Assembly: GCF_000009045.1 (NCBI RefSeq)
Contig: NC_000964.3
Coordinates: 372,001-436,000 of the forward strand
Direction of reading: 5' to 3'
Length of the DNA stretch: 64,000 bases
DNA from: Bacillus subtilis subsp. subtilis str. 168
Lineage (GTDB): Bacteria > Bacillota > Bacilli > Bacillales > Bacillaceae
A model generated the notes under the pieces. That model had not been told where the DNA came from. It saw only the letters and a list, made by a program, of their open reading frames with translations, and ran no database searches. The translations under genes were made by a program, and so were the position numbers. The stretch's first letter is position 1; each line of letters begins with the position of its first letter. Of this stretch, positions 49,745 to 58,622 are shown piece by piece.

Positions 49745-50957
49745 ATGTCTATTAGCCGTTCTCATGCTTTTGAGCGTCATTGTGCTGCCCGGCTGCTGGG
49801 ATAAGCGGGAGCTGACGGATCTTGCGATTATCTCGGCGATTGGCATCGATCGGACAAACGACAGCAACTACGTGCTGCATCTTCAAATTATCAATCCAGG
49901 AAATGTTGCCGGCGGCCTTCAGGGAGGCGGTGCTGGAGACAGGCCGCCTGTATCTGTCTATTCGATTGAAGGTAACAATATAACGGAAGCACTCAGAAAA
50001 GCCTCCATGAAGGTATCACGGCGGCTTTATTTTGCCCATACCAATCTAGTCGTGATCAATGAAAAGCTGGCAAAAGAAGAAGGTTTGGATTTTGTATTAG
50101 ATAATCTTGACCGGGACACAGAATTCAGGACAACAGCAACATTCGTCGTTGCCCATAAAACAAAAGCAGAAAATATTGTGAAAATCTTGACGCCGATTGA
50201 TAAAATTCCGTCAAATAAAGTCAATAAAACACTCGATTTCACGGAGGCACAATACGGGCGGGTGGTCAAAATCAATATTCAGGACGTTTTGAAAACACTT
50301 GCCGCCAACACTATGGCACCGGTCATCCCCGGATATATGATGATTGGTGACGATAAAAAAGGAGTCAGCATGGAAAACACGCAGGCGACTGACCCGAAAG
50401 CCATTCTTCAGGCAGATGGTTTGGCGGTTTTTGATAAGGCAGGATATTTAAAGTATTGGCTGGAAGATGATGAAAGCGTGGGGGCAGTCTGGCTTATGAA
50501 TAAGATCCAGCATACGTTTATTAATGCTGACTGGGGCAAGACGAAGGATGCGGTCAGCTTGCAGGTTACCCATCAAGATACAAAGCTGGTACCGAAAATG
50601 CGGAACGGACGCCCGTACATCCATGTGAAAGTGTCGGTTGAAGGTATTATAGATGCTGTCAAATACCCTTTCCAATTGTCTGATCCCAAGGTGCTGGCCG
50701 CTATTGAAAAAGCGCTCAACAAAGAGCTTGAAAAGGAAATCAGCCATACTGTGAAAAAGATTAAGAAGAATAAAATAGATTTTATCGGTTTTGGTGACAC
50801 GATATATAGAAAGTATCCGGAGCAGTGGGAGAAAATGAAGGACACTTGGGACAAAGAATATTTGCCGGAACTGCCCATCGATGTGAAGGCCGAGACGTAT
50901 ATCAGAAGGACGGGATTGCGAAACAATCCGATCAAACACCAGTTTAAAGATGATTAG
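49734..50957 (+). CDS. gerKC: Germinant receptor lipoprotein subunit C
   Basis: Lipobox LPGC followed by WDKREL. Confidence 0.95.
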   Translation: MVRKCLLAVLMLLSVIVLPGCWDKRELTDLAIISAIGIDRTNDSNYVLHLQIINPGNVAGGLQGGGAGDRPPVSVYSIEGNNITEALRKASMKVSRRLYFAHTNLVVINEKLAKEEGLDFVLDNLDRDTEFRTTATFVVAHKTKAENIVKILTPIDKIPSNKVNKTLDFTEAQYGRVVKINIQDVLKTLAANTMAPVIPGYMMIGDDKKGVSMENTQATDPKAILQADGLAVFDKAGYLKYWLEDDESVGAVWLMNKIQHTFINADWGKTKDAVSLQVTHQDTKLVPKMRNGRPYIHVKVSVEGIIDAVKYPFQLSDPKVLAAIEKALNKELEKEISHTVKKIKKNKIDFIGFGDTIYRKYPEQWEKMKDTWDKEYLPELPIDVKAETYIRRTGLRNNPIKHQFKDD

Positions 50958-50981
50958 GTCTGAAGAAAGGGGAAGTGACAG

Positions 50982-52103
50982 ATGGAAAAAGCCAGAATAA
51001 GCATAAGGCAGTTGTTTGTCATGATTATCATTTTTGAACTGGGCAGCTCCTTATTGATTACACCGGGATCAATGGCGGGCAGGGATGCTTGGATAGCAGT
51101 TTTATTAGGCTGTGCGATCGGACTGTTTCTTTTCTATTTGTATCAAGGCATTTATCAATGTTATCCGAATTCTTCTCCGAAAGAATATATGGATGATATG
51201 CTGGGAACCAAGCTGAGCTGGCTGTTTTCATTTCTCTATATCTTGTACTTTGCCTATATTGCCGCAAGGGTGCTGCGTGACTTTGGAGAAATGCTGCTGA
51301 CGTTTGCTTATCATGATACACCTATCATTATTGTAAATGCTTTATTAATGGTAGTAAGCATATATGCCGTAAGAAAAGGAATTGAAGTACTCGCACGCGC
51401 GGCCGAACTTCTTTTCGGGGCCATGTATTTACTGGGCGCGATCGGCCTTGTGCTGATTATTGTCTCAGGGACTATAGACCCGCACAATTTAAAGCCGGTT
51501 TTGGCAAACGGCATTTCTCCTGTCCTTCACTCTGTTTTCACACAGACCATGTACGTTCCATTTGGTGAAGTTGTTTTATTTGTGATGATTTTCCCTAACC
51601 TGAATGACAGAAAAGATGTGAAAAAAATGGGGATGATCGCCATGGCTATTAGCGGATTGATTGTGGCGCTCACCGTGGCGATTAATATTAGCGTGCTTGA
51701 TGTTGATCTTACACTCAGATCCCAGTTTCCGCTTTTAAGCACGATCCAGACAATCAAGGTCGAAGAATTTTTAGACCGGCTCGATGTCTTTTTTATGCTG
51801 GCGCTGATCATCGGCGGCTTCTTTAAGGTCAGCCTCTACTTATATGCCACTGTGGTTGGGACATCTACGCTCTTTAAGGAAAAGAACCCCTCTCAATTGG
51901 CTTATCCGATGGGATTGGGCATCTTAATCCTTTCTATAACGATCGCGACTAACTTTTCGGAGCACTTGAATGAAGGCCTGAACGTGGTGCCGCTGTATAT
52001 TCATTTGCCTTTTCAATTATTGTTTCCGCTCTTTCTGTTTATTGTGGCCGTTTGGAAAAAGAAACGAAGAGAGAAGTCAAAAGGGGAGGAAGCAAAAAAA
52101 TGA
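50982..52103 (+). CDS. gerKB: Germinant receptor subunit B (APC-like)
   Basis: About 10 TM segments with AGRDAW and FLDRLD GerAB-family motifs. Confidence 0.95.
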   Translation: MEKARISIRQLFVMIIIFELGSSLLITPGSMAGRDAWIAVLLGCAIGLFLFYLYQGIYQCYPNSSPKEYMDDMLGTKLSWLFSFLYILYFAYIAARVLRDFGEMLLTFAYHDTPIIIVNALLMVVSIYAVRKGIEVLARAAELLFGAMYLLGAIGLVLIIVSGTIDPHNLKPVLANGISPVLHSVFTQTMYVPFGEVVLFVMIFPNLNDRKDVKKMGMIAMAISGLIVALTVAINISVLDVDLTLRSQFPLLSTIQTIKVEEFLDRLDVFFMLALIIGGFFKVSLYLYATVVGTSTLFKEKNPSQLAYPMGLGILILSITIATNFSEHLNEGLNVVPLYIHLPFQLLFPLFLFIVAVWKKKRREKSKGEEAKK

Positions 52104-52104
52104 T

Positions 52105-52139
52105 AAAAAGAGCGGGGGGATGCGGCCGCCGCTCTTTTT
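52105..52139. terminator. Bidirectional terminator gerK/yclH
   Basis: AAAAAGAGCGG...CCGCTCTTTTT. Confidence 0.8.
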
Positions 52140-52207
52140 ATGTTCACTTCTATATAAAAGGGGGATATAGGGTGCGCCCCTGTCTGCACTGGCAGAGGCG
52201 CGTTTTG

Positions 52208-52888
52208 TTATACGACTGCGACGTTTTCCTTCACAGTAAAACTTCCTCTTGAAAGTCTGATATTGATGTCTGACACTTTTGCAATTTGTTCATCGTGCGT
52301 CACCATAATGACGCATTTATCTTCCTTGTGCGCCAGATCCTGAAAGAGCCGTACGATCTCTTTTGATGTGTCCTCATCAAGGTTTCCGGTCGGTTCATCG
52401 GCTACGATAAGATCCGTGTCACAGCAGAAAGCCCTTGTAATTGATACCCGCTGCTGCTGTCCGCCGCTCAGTGTGAGCACTTTTTGCCGGGCTTGTTTTT
52501 CGTTGATGCCAACCTTCTGCAGCATGTCAAGCGCATATGATTCTTTGTTCTTTTCTTTAGAACCTGTGATTTCCATAGCGGTTGTGACGTTCTGCAAAGC
52601 CGTCATATACGGGAGCAGGTTGTACGCCTGAAAGACGATTGATACATATTGATTTCTGAAATTGGTTAAGCCGATTTTAGAAACCGCTTTTCCGTCGTAA
52701 AGGATGTTTCCTTCTTTTGGTGCGTCAAGTCCGCCTGCCAGAGACAGGAAAGTGGTTTTCCCCGTCCCTGATGTTCCGACGATTGTGTAGAATTTTCCTT
52801 TTTGAAAGCTGATGTTAATATCCTGAAACAATGGCTGGCTTTTGTTTTTATACCAGTAGCCGACTTGTTGAAATTGTAATAAGCTCAT
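52208..52888 (-). CDS. yclH: ABC transporter ATPase (LolD/MacB-like)
   Basis: GTSGTGKT, LSGGQQQ, ADEPTGNLD. Confidence 0.92.
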   Translation of the reverse strand: MSLLQFQQVGYWYKNKSQPLFQDINISFQKGKFYTIVGTSGTGKTTFLSLAGGLDAPKEGNILYDGKAVSKIGLTNFRNQYVSIVFQAYNLLPYMTALQNVTTAMEITGSKEKNKESYALDMLQKVGINEKQARQKVLTLSGGQQQRVSITRAFCCDTDLIVADEPTGNLDEDTSKEIVRLFQDLAHKEDKCVIMVTHDEQIAKVSDINIRLSRGSFTVKENVAVV

Positions 52889-52903
52889 AGGTTCCGCCTC
52901 TTT

Positions 52904-54364
52904 CTATTCCTGTTTTGTCAATATCGTTTTCGGATGAAGCCGCAGTACTGAAATTGACGGCAGCAATGTTGCAATGATTGCGATTAGGATGCCGATCCCG
53001 CCAAGTATAAGCATGTCGTTCATAGAAACCGCGACGTTCAGTGAATCGATAACGTCCACGTTGGATGAACTGTGGCCGAACATTTTGCCGCCCATGCCGC
53101 CACCGCCGCCGGGCATTTGTCCGCTTGCGGTTTGCGTTGAATCGGTTGATGAACTGATTTGCTGGGATAAAAGCTGATTTCCAAGCTGATTCGCGACGAG
53201 ATTTCCCGTCACAGATGCAAGGCCGATAGCGATAACGGCCACAATCAGAATCTCAGTCAAGAACTGTCCAATCAATTTCCATCGTTTTTCACCGATGGCC
53301 ATTAACACGCCCATTTCGTATTTGCGCTCCCTGATTGACATCATGACAATCAGGCCAAGAATGACGGCGCCTGCCACTGATACAAGATACACCACGTTTT
53401 TAGAGAAAGAAGCCACATTTTCAATCGGTCCGACCATTTGCTGGTAAAGCTGATCGTTTGTATTCAGTGTGTACGTATCAAAGTCAATTGATGTTTTCTT
53501 CGCTGCTTTTACGAAAGTATCCATATTTTTCGCGTCGTCCATATAGTAAACAGCTGAGTCAATCGTATTTTTATAGTCGTCGCCTTTCAATGCCGCTGTT
53601 GCTGTGTAAGGCGTATAAAGCTTGTTATAAGGATTTAAGAAAGAGAAATTTTGGGCTTGGTCATCACCTGAAGATGTTGTTTTATAAATACCGACGATCT
53701 TCAGTTTTACTGTTGTATCCTCATCCGTTGCTGATTCAATTGTGATCGAATCGCCAACGCTTAAATCATTTTCTTCCGCTAATGTTTCGTTGATCACTGT
53801 TACTTTTTTGCCGACATCTGATTTTGTAATCGCGCGTCCGTCTGTGATTTTTGAATCTCCGTCAGAGAAATCATCGACTAACGCTGTGCTGATGACACCT
53901 TCAATAGAAAGATCAGCTTGAACCATTTGCGGTCCGCCTTGTCCTCCGCCTTGACTGTTTTTAGCGTTTGAGCTTGAACTGCTGGAGCTGGAATCACTTG
54001 AACTAGAGCTTTCAATCGCATCAAAGTTTCCCGCGTTGGCTGAAGCTGATGTGGTGTAATTGTAGCTCTTCACATGATCAAGCGCTGCAAGCTTATTCGC
54101 ATCAGACACTTTGATCGGTGTGGATTCGAAGCTGCGCTTTTCACCGCTGTCCTGCTGTTTTTCCATTTGCTTTTGGCGGTCAACCTGAAGTGTCACGCTT
54201 CCACCGAGTTCCTGTCTGGCCAGTTCGCTTGACTTTTGTGCTGCCGACTGGATGGCGAGGCCTGATAGAACAAAGACACATATGACTGTAAACACAAATA
54301 ATTGCAATAACGTTTTTCCCTTTTTAGCCTTCATATTCCAAAAGGCCCGTTTGATAAAGTTCAT
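52904..54364 (-). CDS. yclI: FtsX/MacB-type ABC permease with a large extracellular domain
   Basis: 1+3 TM topology, RERKYEMGVLMAIG FtsX motif, Ser- and Gly-rich low-complexity inserts. Confidence 0.9.
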   Translation of the reverse strand: MNFIKRAFWNMKAKKGKTLLQLFVFTVICVFVLSGLAIQSAAQKSSELARQELGGSVTLQVDRQKQMEKQQDSGEKRSFESTPIKVSDANKLAALDHVKSYNYTTSASANAGNFDAIESSSSSDSSSSSSSSNAKNSQGGGQGGPQMVQADLSIEGVISTALVDDFSDGDSKITDGRAITKSDVGKKVTVINETLAEENDLSVGDSITIESATDEDTTVKLKIVGIYKTTSSGDDQAQNFSFLNPYNKLYTPYTATAALKGDDYKNTIDSAVYYMDDAKNMDTFVKAAKKTSIDFDTYTLNTNDQLYQQMVGPIENVASFSKNVVYLVSVAGAVILGLIVMMSIRERKYEMGVLMAIGEKRWKLIGQFLTEILIVAVIAIGLASVTGNLVANQLGNQLLSQQISSSTDSTQTASGQMPGGGGGMGGKMFGHSSSNVDVIDSLNVAVSMNDMLILGGIGILIAIIATLLPSISVLRLHPKTILTKQE

Positions 54365-54445
54365 TTATGTTCCTCCGTATAGGTATTTTTATTGATAAGA
54401 CCGCCTCTGGGGCGCGTCCCCTTGCTGATAAATTAATAGTAGTCC

Positions 54446-54467
54446 AAAGGTATGAAAAAAATATGAA
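54446..54467. promoter_or_regulatory. YclJ (OmpR-type) direct-repeat binding site
   Basis: AAAGGTATGAA/AAAAATATGAA with 11-bp period (TTCATA repeats on the minus strand) in the yclI/yclJ divergent spacer. Confidence 0.7.
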
Positions 54468-54576
54468 CAATCTATTTCTAGTTGATGAAATAAAAACTAA
54501 CAATTGTGAAACGCAAAACCTTCTGTTTAAAATGGTGCTATTATATAAAAAAGCATCAAAACAACCGGAGGATATA

Positions 54577-55260
54577 ATGAAAATATTAATGATAGAAGAT
54601 AATGTTAGTGTATGTACGATGACGGAGATGTTCTTTTTTAAAGAAGGTTTTGAAGCCGAATTCGTTCATGACGGGTTAGAAGGGTACCAGCGTTTTACGG
54701 AAGAAAATTGGGATCTAATCATTTTGGATATCATGCTTCCATCTATGGACGGCGTGACCATCTGCAGAAAAATAAGAGAGACAAGCACGGTGCCGATTAT
54801 CATGCTGACTGCCAAAGACACTGAATCAGATCAGGTCATCGGTTTTGAGATGGGGGCGGACGATTATGTCACAAAGCCGTTCAGCCCGCTGACATTGGTT
54901 GCCCGCATCAAAGCCGTCATCAGAAGATATAAGGCGACAGGCAAAGCGGTTATTGATGAAGATATGATTGAAACGGAATGCTTTACCATTAATAAGAAGA
55001 CGAGAGAAGTATTATTAAACGGAGAGCCTGTAGAAAATCTCACGCCGAAGGAATTCGATCTGCTTTATTACCTTGTCCAAAATCCGCGGCAGGTGTTCTC
55101 CAGAGAACAGCTGCTTGAGCAGGTATGGGGCTATCAATTTTATGGAGATGAGCGAACGGTTGACGTTCATATCAAACGGCTGCGGAAAAAGCTTGCCAGC
55201 GAGGACAAGCCTTTCCTGTATACTGTGTGGGGAGTAGGGTATAAATTTGATGAAGATTAA
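54577..55260 (+). CDS. yclJ: OmpR-family response regulator (227 aa)
   Basis: IEDN...LDIMLP...KPF receiver and wHTH; start ATG 54577 after GGAGG. Confidence 0.94.
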   Translation: MKILMIEDNVSVCTMTEMFFFKEGFEAEFVHDGLEGYQRFTEENWDLIILDIMLPSMDGVTICRKIRETSTVPIIMLTAKDTESDQVIGFEMGADDYVTKPFSPLTLVARIKAVIRRYKATGKAVIDEDMIETECFTINKKTREVLLNGEPVENLTPKEFDLLYYLVQNPRQVFSREQLLEQVWGYQFYGDERTVDVHIKRLRKKLASEDKPFLYTVWGVGYKFDED

Positions 55261-56668
55261 ATATTTATATCAGCTGCTGCTAAGCCATATCAGCATTTTG
55301 ATTTTAGCGTTTGTCATTATCATTTCTCTGTTTTCCCACTTTGTGAAGGAATTTGCCTATCAGAACAAAGTAGAGGAATTGACGTCATATGCGGTGCAGA
55401 TTGCAAATGAATTCCAATCCGGCCAGGTGGACATGCGCAGGCTCTATCCTTATCAGGACATTTTAAGCACAAGAAAGACGCAATTTATCATCTTTAATGA
55501 AGAGCAGCAGCCTTATTTTCTTCCTGAAGGCTTTCATCACCCACCAAGGGAACAGCTGAAGAAATCAGAATGGAATAAGCTGAAAAAAGGGCAGACTGTC
55601 ACGATCAGGGCAGATGGCCGTTTTGATGATGAAGTGTCCCTTGTGGCGCAGCCTATATTTGTTCAGAACGAATTTAAAGGCGCCGTTCTGCTGATTTCTC
55701 CGATCAGCGGTGTTGAACAGATGGTCAATCAGGTCAACCTCTATATGTTTTACGCTGTGATCAGCACGCTTGTGATTACGATTCTTGTGAGCTGGCTTCT
55801 GTCCAAATTCCATGTCAAGCGGATTCAAAAGCTGAGAGAAGCGACAGATAAAGTGGCTTCCGGCGATTATGACATCCATTTGGAAAACAGCTACGGGGAC
55901 GAAATCGGCGTACTGGCGTCTGACTTTAATATCATGGCGAAAAAACTAAAGCAGTCAAGGGATGAAATCGAGCGCCTTGAGAAGCGGAGAAGGCAGTTTA
56001 TCGCTGACGTGTCACATGAATTAAAAACACCGCTGACGACGATCAACGGTTTGGTTGAAGGGTTGAACAGCCATACGATTCCTGAGGATAAAAAGGATAA
56101 ATGCTTCTCGCTGATCAGTGAGGAAACGAAGCGCATGCTGCGGCTCGTAAAAGAAAATCTGGATTATGAAAAAATCAGATCCCAGCAAATTACCTTGAAC
56201 AAGCTAGACGTTCCTCTGATCGAGGTGTTTGAAATCGTGAAAGAGCACTTGCAGCAGCAGGCGGAAGAAAAACAAAACAAGCTGATGATCCAAGTAGAGG
56301 ATCACGTCATCGTACATGCCGATTATGACCGGTTCATTCAAATTCTCGTCAACATTACGAAAAACAGCATCCAATTTACGCAAAACGGTGACATTTGGCT
56401 GCGCGGAATGGAAGGTTATAAAGAGACGATTATTGAAATTGAAGACACGGGTATCGGCATTCCAAAAGAGGATATTGAGCATATTTGGGAGCGATTCTAT
56501 AAAGCAGATATTTCAAGAACGAACACAGCATACGGTGAATACGGACTCGGTCTCTCGATCGTCAGGCAGCTCGTTGAAATGCACCAGGGCACAGTAGAAA
56601 TCAAGAGTGAAGAAGGGAAAGGCACAAAGTTCATCATCCGCCTTCCTTTAACGGCAAAACAGCAATAG
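55247..56668 (+). CDS. yclK: Sensor histidine kinase
   Basis: Two TM segments, HAMP, H-box SHELKTPL, N/G boxes; start TTG 55247 or ATG 55250. Confidence 0.94.
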   Translation: MMKIKYLYQLLLSHISILILAFVIIISLFSHFVKEFAYQNKVEELTSYAVQIANEFQSGQVDMRRLYPYQDILSTRKTQFIIFNEEQQPYFLPEGFHHPPREQLKKSEWNKLKKGQTVTIRADGRFDDEVSLVAQPIFVQNEFKGAVLLISPISGVEQMVNQVNLYMFYAVISTLVITILVSWLLSKFHVKRIQKLREATDKVASGDYDIHLENSYGDEIGVLASDFNIMAKKLKQSRDEIERLEKRRRQFIADVSHELKTPLTTINGLVEGLNSHTIPEDKKDKCFSLISEETKRMLRLVKENLDYEKIRSQQITLNKLDVPLIEVFEIVKEHLQQQAEEKQNKLMIQVEDHVIVHADYDRFIQILVNITKNSIQFTQNGDIWLRGMEGYKETIIEIEDTGIGIPKEDIEHIWERFYKADISRTNTAYGEYGLGLSIVRQLVEMHQGTVEIKSEEGKGTKFIIRLPLTAKQQ

Positions 56669-56673
56669 CATAC

Positions 56674-56708
56674 AGGGCGGCGCATCAACTGATGCATCCG
56701 CCTTTTTT
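56674..56708 (+). terminator. Terminator of yclJK
   Basis: GGCGG-CGCATCA-AC-TGATGCA-TCCGCC plus T6. Confidence 0.75.
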
Positions 56709-56726
56709 GCACACCGCTTCGGTTTA

Positions 56727-56793
56727 TTGCGTGCTCCCGAAAACAAAGATTGCGTGTTTTTCGGGTTGGGACGGCCTATAAACATGATAAAAT
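56727..56793 (+). promoter_or_regulatory. ComA box and SigA promoter of rapC
   Basis: TTGCGT-GCTC-CCGAAA (56727-56742), an extra TTGCGT half-site (56750) and TTGGGA-N16-TAAAAT with an extended TG. Confidence 0.7.
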
Positions 56794-56830
56794 ATGACAT
56801 AAACAGTTTTTGATGGGAGAGGGTGAAGGA

Positions 56831-57979
56831 ATGAAGAGTGGGGTAATTCCTTCTTCAGCGGTCGGTCAAAAAATTAACGAGTGGTACAGATATATCCGGA
56901 CATTCAGCGTGCCGGATGCCGAAGTGTTAAAAGCTGAAATCCAGCAGGAACTGAAACACATGCAGCATGATTCCAACTTGCTGCTTTATTATTCACTAAT
57001 GGAATTCCGGCACCAGCTTATGCTGGATTATCTTGAGCCGTTAGAGAAATTAAATATCGAAGACCAGCCAAGCCTGTCTGAATTATCAAGAAACATTGAC
57101 AGCAACCAGGCAGATCTCAAAGGGCTGCTCGACTATTACGTGAATTTTTTTCGCGGGATGTATGAATTTGATAAGCGGGAATTTATTTCTGCCATTACAT
57201 ACTATAAACAGGCGGAGAAAAAGCTCTCCTTTGTCGCAGACCATATTGAACGGGCTGAATTCTATTTTAAAATCGCGGAAGCTTATTATTATATGAAGCA
57301 AACGTATTTTTCATTGATTAATATAAAAAACGCCTATGAAATTTACGTGGAGCAGGAAACCTATAATGTGAGAATCATTCAGTGCCATTTCGTCTTCGGG
57401 GTCAACCTGATGGATGAAAGAAATTTCGAACAAGCCGCACGCCATTTCAAATTGGCGCTCAACATGGCCCAAGCAGAACAAAAAGCCCAGCTGGTTGGAA
57501 GAGCATACTACAATCTCGGGTTATGCTATTACAATCAAGACCTTCTAGACCCTGCCATTGATTACTTTGAAAAAGCGGTCTCCACATTTGAAAGCAGCAG
57601 GATCGTCAATTCTCTCCCGCAAGCCTATTTTTTAATCACCCTGATTTATTATAAACAGGGAAAACATGATAAAGCTTCGGAATATCACAAGCGGGGCTAT
57701 GAATATGCTAAAGAAACAGACGATGCAGACTATGCCGTAAAATTCGAGTTTTTGCAATCCCTATATCTGGATCAGCCCAATGAAGAAGGAATCGAACGAT
57801 GTTTCCAGTACTTAAAAAATAAAAATATGTACGCTGATATAGAGGATTTAGCCCTAGAAGTAGCAAAATATTACTATGAACAGAAATGGTTTAAACTGTC
57901 TGCTTCCTACTTTCTACAAGTTGAAGAGGCAAGAAAACAAATACAAAGGAGTGAAGGTTTGTATGAAATTGAAATCTAA
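56831..57979 (+). CDS. rapC: Rap-family TPR regulator RapC, an anti-activator of ComA (382 aa)
   Basis: Rap N-terminus (VGQKINEWY...LLLYYSLMEFRHQLM) plus TPRs; followed by phrC. Confidence 0.95.
   Translation: MKSGVIPSSAVGQKINEWYRYIRTFSVPDAEVLKAEIQQELKHMQHDSNLLLYYSLMEFRHQLMLDYLEPLEKLNIEDQPSLSELSRNIDSNQADLKGLLDYYVNFFRGMYEFDKREFISAITYYKQAEKKLSFVADHIERAEFYFKIAEAYYYMKQTYFSLINIKNAYEIYVEQETYNVRIIQCHFVFGVNLMDERNFEQAARHFKLALNMAQAEQKAQLVGRAYYNLGLCYYNQDLLDPAIDYFEKAVSTFESSRIVNSLPQAYFLITLIYYKQGKHDKASEYHKRGYEYAKETDDADYAVKFEFLQSLYLDQPNEEGIERCFQYLKNKNMYADIEDLALEVAKYYYEQKWFKLSASYFLQVEEARKQIQRSEGLYEIEI
57841..57869 (+). promoter_or_regulatory. SigH-like internal promoter of phrC
   Basis: AGAGGATTT...GCAAAAT inside the rapC 3' end. 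Confidence 0.5.
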
Positions 57980-58085
57980 GTTGTTTGTTATTTGTTTGGC
58001 CGCAGCCGCGATTTTTACAGCGGCTGGCGTTTCTGCTAATGCGGAAGCACTCGACTTTCATGTGACAGAAAGAGGAATGACGTAA
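57963..58085 (+). CDS. phrC: PhrC precursor of CSF pentapeptide ERGMT (40 aa)
   Basis: MKLKSKLFVICLAAAAIFTAAGVSANAEALDFHVTERGMT; overlaps the rapC end. Confidence 0.97.
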   Translation: MKLKSKLFVICLAAAAIFTAAGVSANAEALDFHVTERGMT

Positions 58086-58090
58086 GAACA

Positions 58091-58121
58091 AGCCCCTTCT
58101 CATTAGCGAGAAGGGGTTTTT
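58091..58121 (+). terminator. Terminator of rapC-phrC
   Basis: AGCCCCTTCTC-N6-GAGAAGGGGTT plus T. Confidence 0.85.
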
Positions 58122-58134
58122 CTTTTCAAAAAAA

Positions 58135-58159
58135 CACCGCAAGACATAGTCTTGCGGTG
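58135..58159 (-). terminator. Terminator of yczN-yczM
   Basis: Perfect CACCGCAAGAC-ATA-GTCTTGCGGTG with a minus-strand T run. Confidence 0.8.
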
Positions 58160-58184
58160 CCGCCTTCATGGAGATTACGTTTAT

Positions 58185-58274
58185 TTAGTAGCCTCCTACA
58201 AATGCAGTTCCCACAATGATCAAGAGGATAAATAACACAACAATCAAAGCGAAAGAAGTTCCGTAACCTGACAT
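58185..58274 (-). CDS. yczM: 29-aa single-TM peptide, YjcZ/SscA (tiny TM Bacillus) family
   Basis: Manual translation [29 protein letters not shown] with SD AAGGAGGTG; absent from the ORF track. Confidence 0.88.
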   Translation of the reverse strand: MSGYGTSFALIVVLFILLIIVGTAFVGGY

Positions 58275-58355
58275 TTTGTGCACCTCCTTGCGAGATTGCT
58301 TCAGCAAATGCTGCAAAACTGTGGCGGACAGGGTCCCGCAGAGACGGTCAGCAGC

Positions 58356-58469
58356 TTAGAAGCCGCCAACAAACGCAGTCCCTACGATAATTAATAGAAT
58401 AAACAATACAACGATTAAAGCGAAAGAACTGATGCCGCCGTAACCGCCGCCGTTAGAGTATCCTGACAT
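58356..58469 (-). CDS. yczN: 37-aa single-TM peptide, paralog of yczM
   Basis: [37 protein letters not shown] with SD GGGAGGTG. Confidence 0.88.
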   Translation of the reverse strand: MSGYSNGGGYGGISSFALIVVLFILLIIVGTAFVGGF

Positions 58470-58582
58470 AAGGTTTCACCTCCCTATGAAGGATACTATA
58501 AGATATGCTGAACCGATCCATTTGGCAGGGATAATAGTGGACAAGAGAAAAAATGAAGAATTCGGCTATATGAAGGTGATAT

Positions 58583-58614
58583 AAAAAAATAGCGGGCGCT
58601 GCCGCCCGCTATTT
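58583..58614 (-). terminator. Terminator of thrD
   Basis: AAATAGCGGGCG-N4-CGCCCGCTATTT with T7 on the minus strand. Confidence 0.85.
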
Positions 58615-58622
58615 ATGTACGA

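Noticed and set aside
53940-54020. Ser/Gly-coding low-complexity DNA in yclI as a tandem repeat or contingency locus
   Set aside because: Codons are mixed (TCA/AGT/TCC/AGC), so it is not a slippage-prone nucleotide repeat
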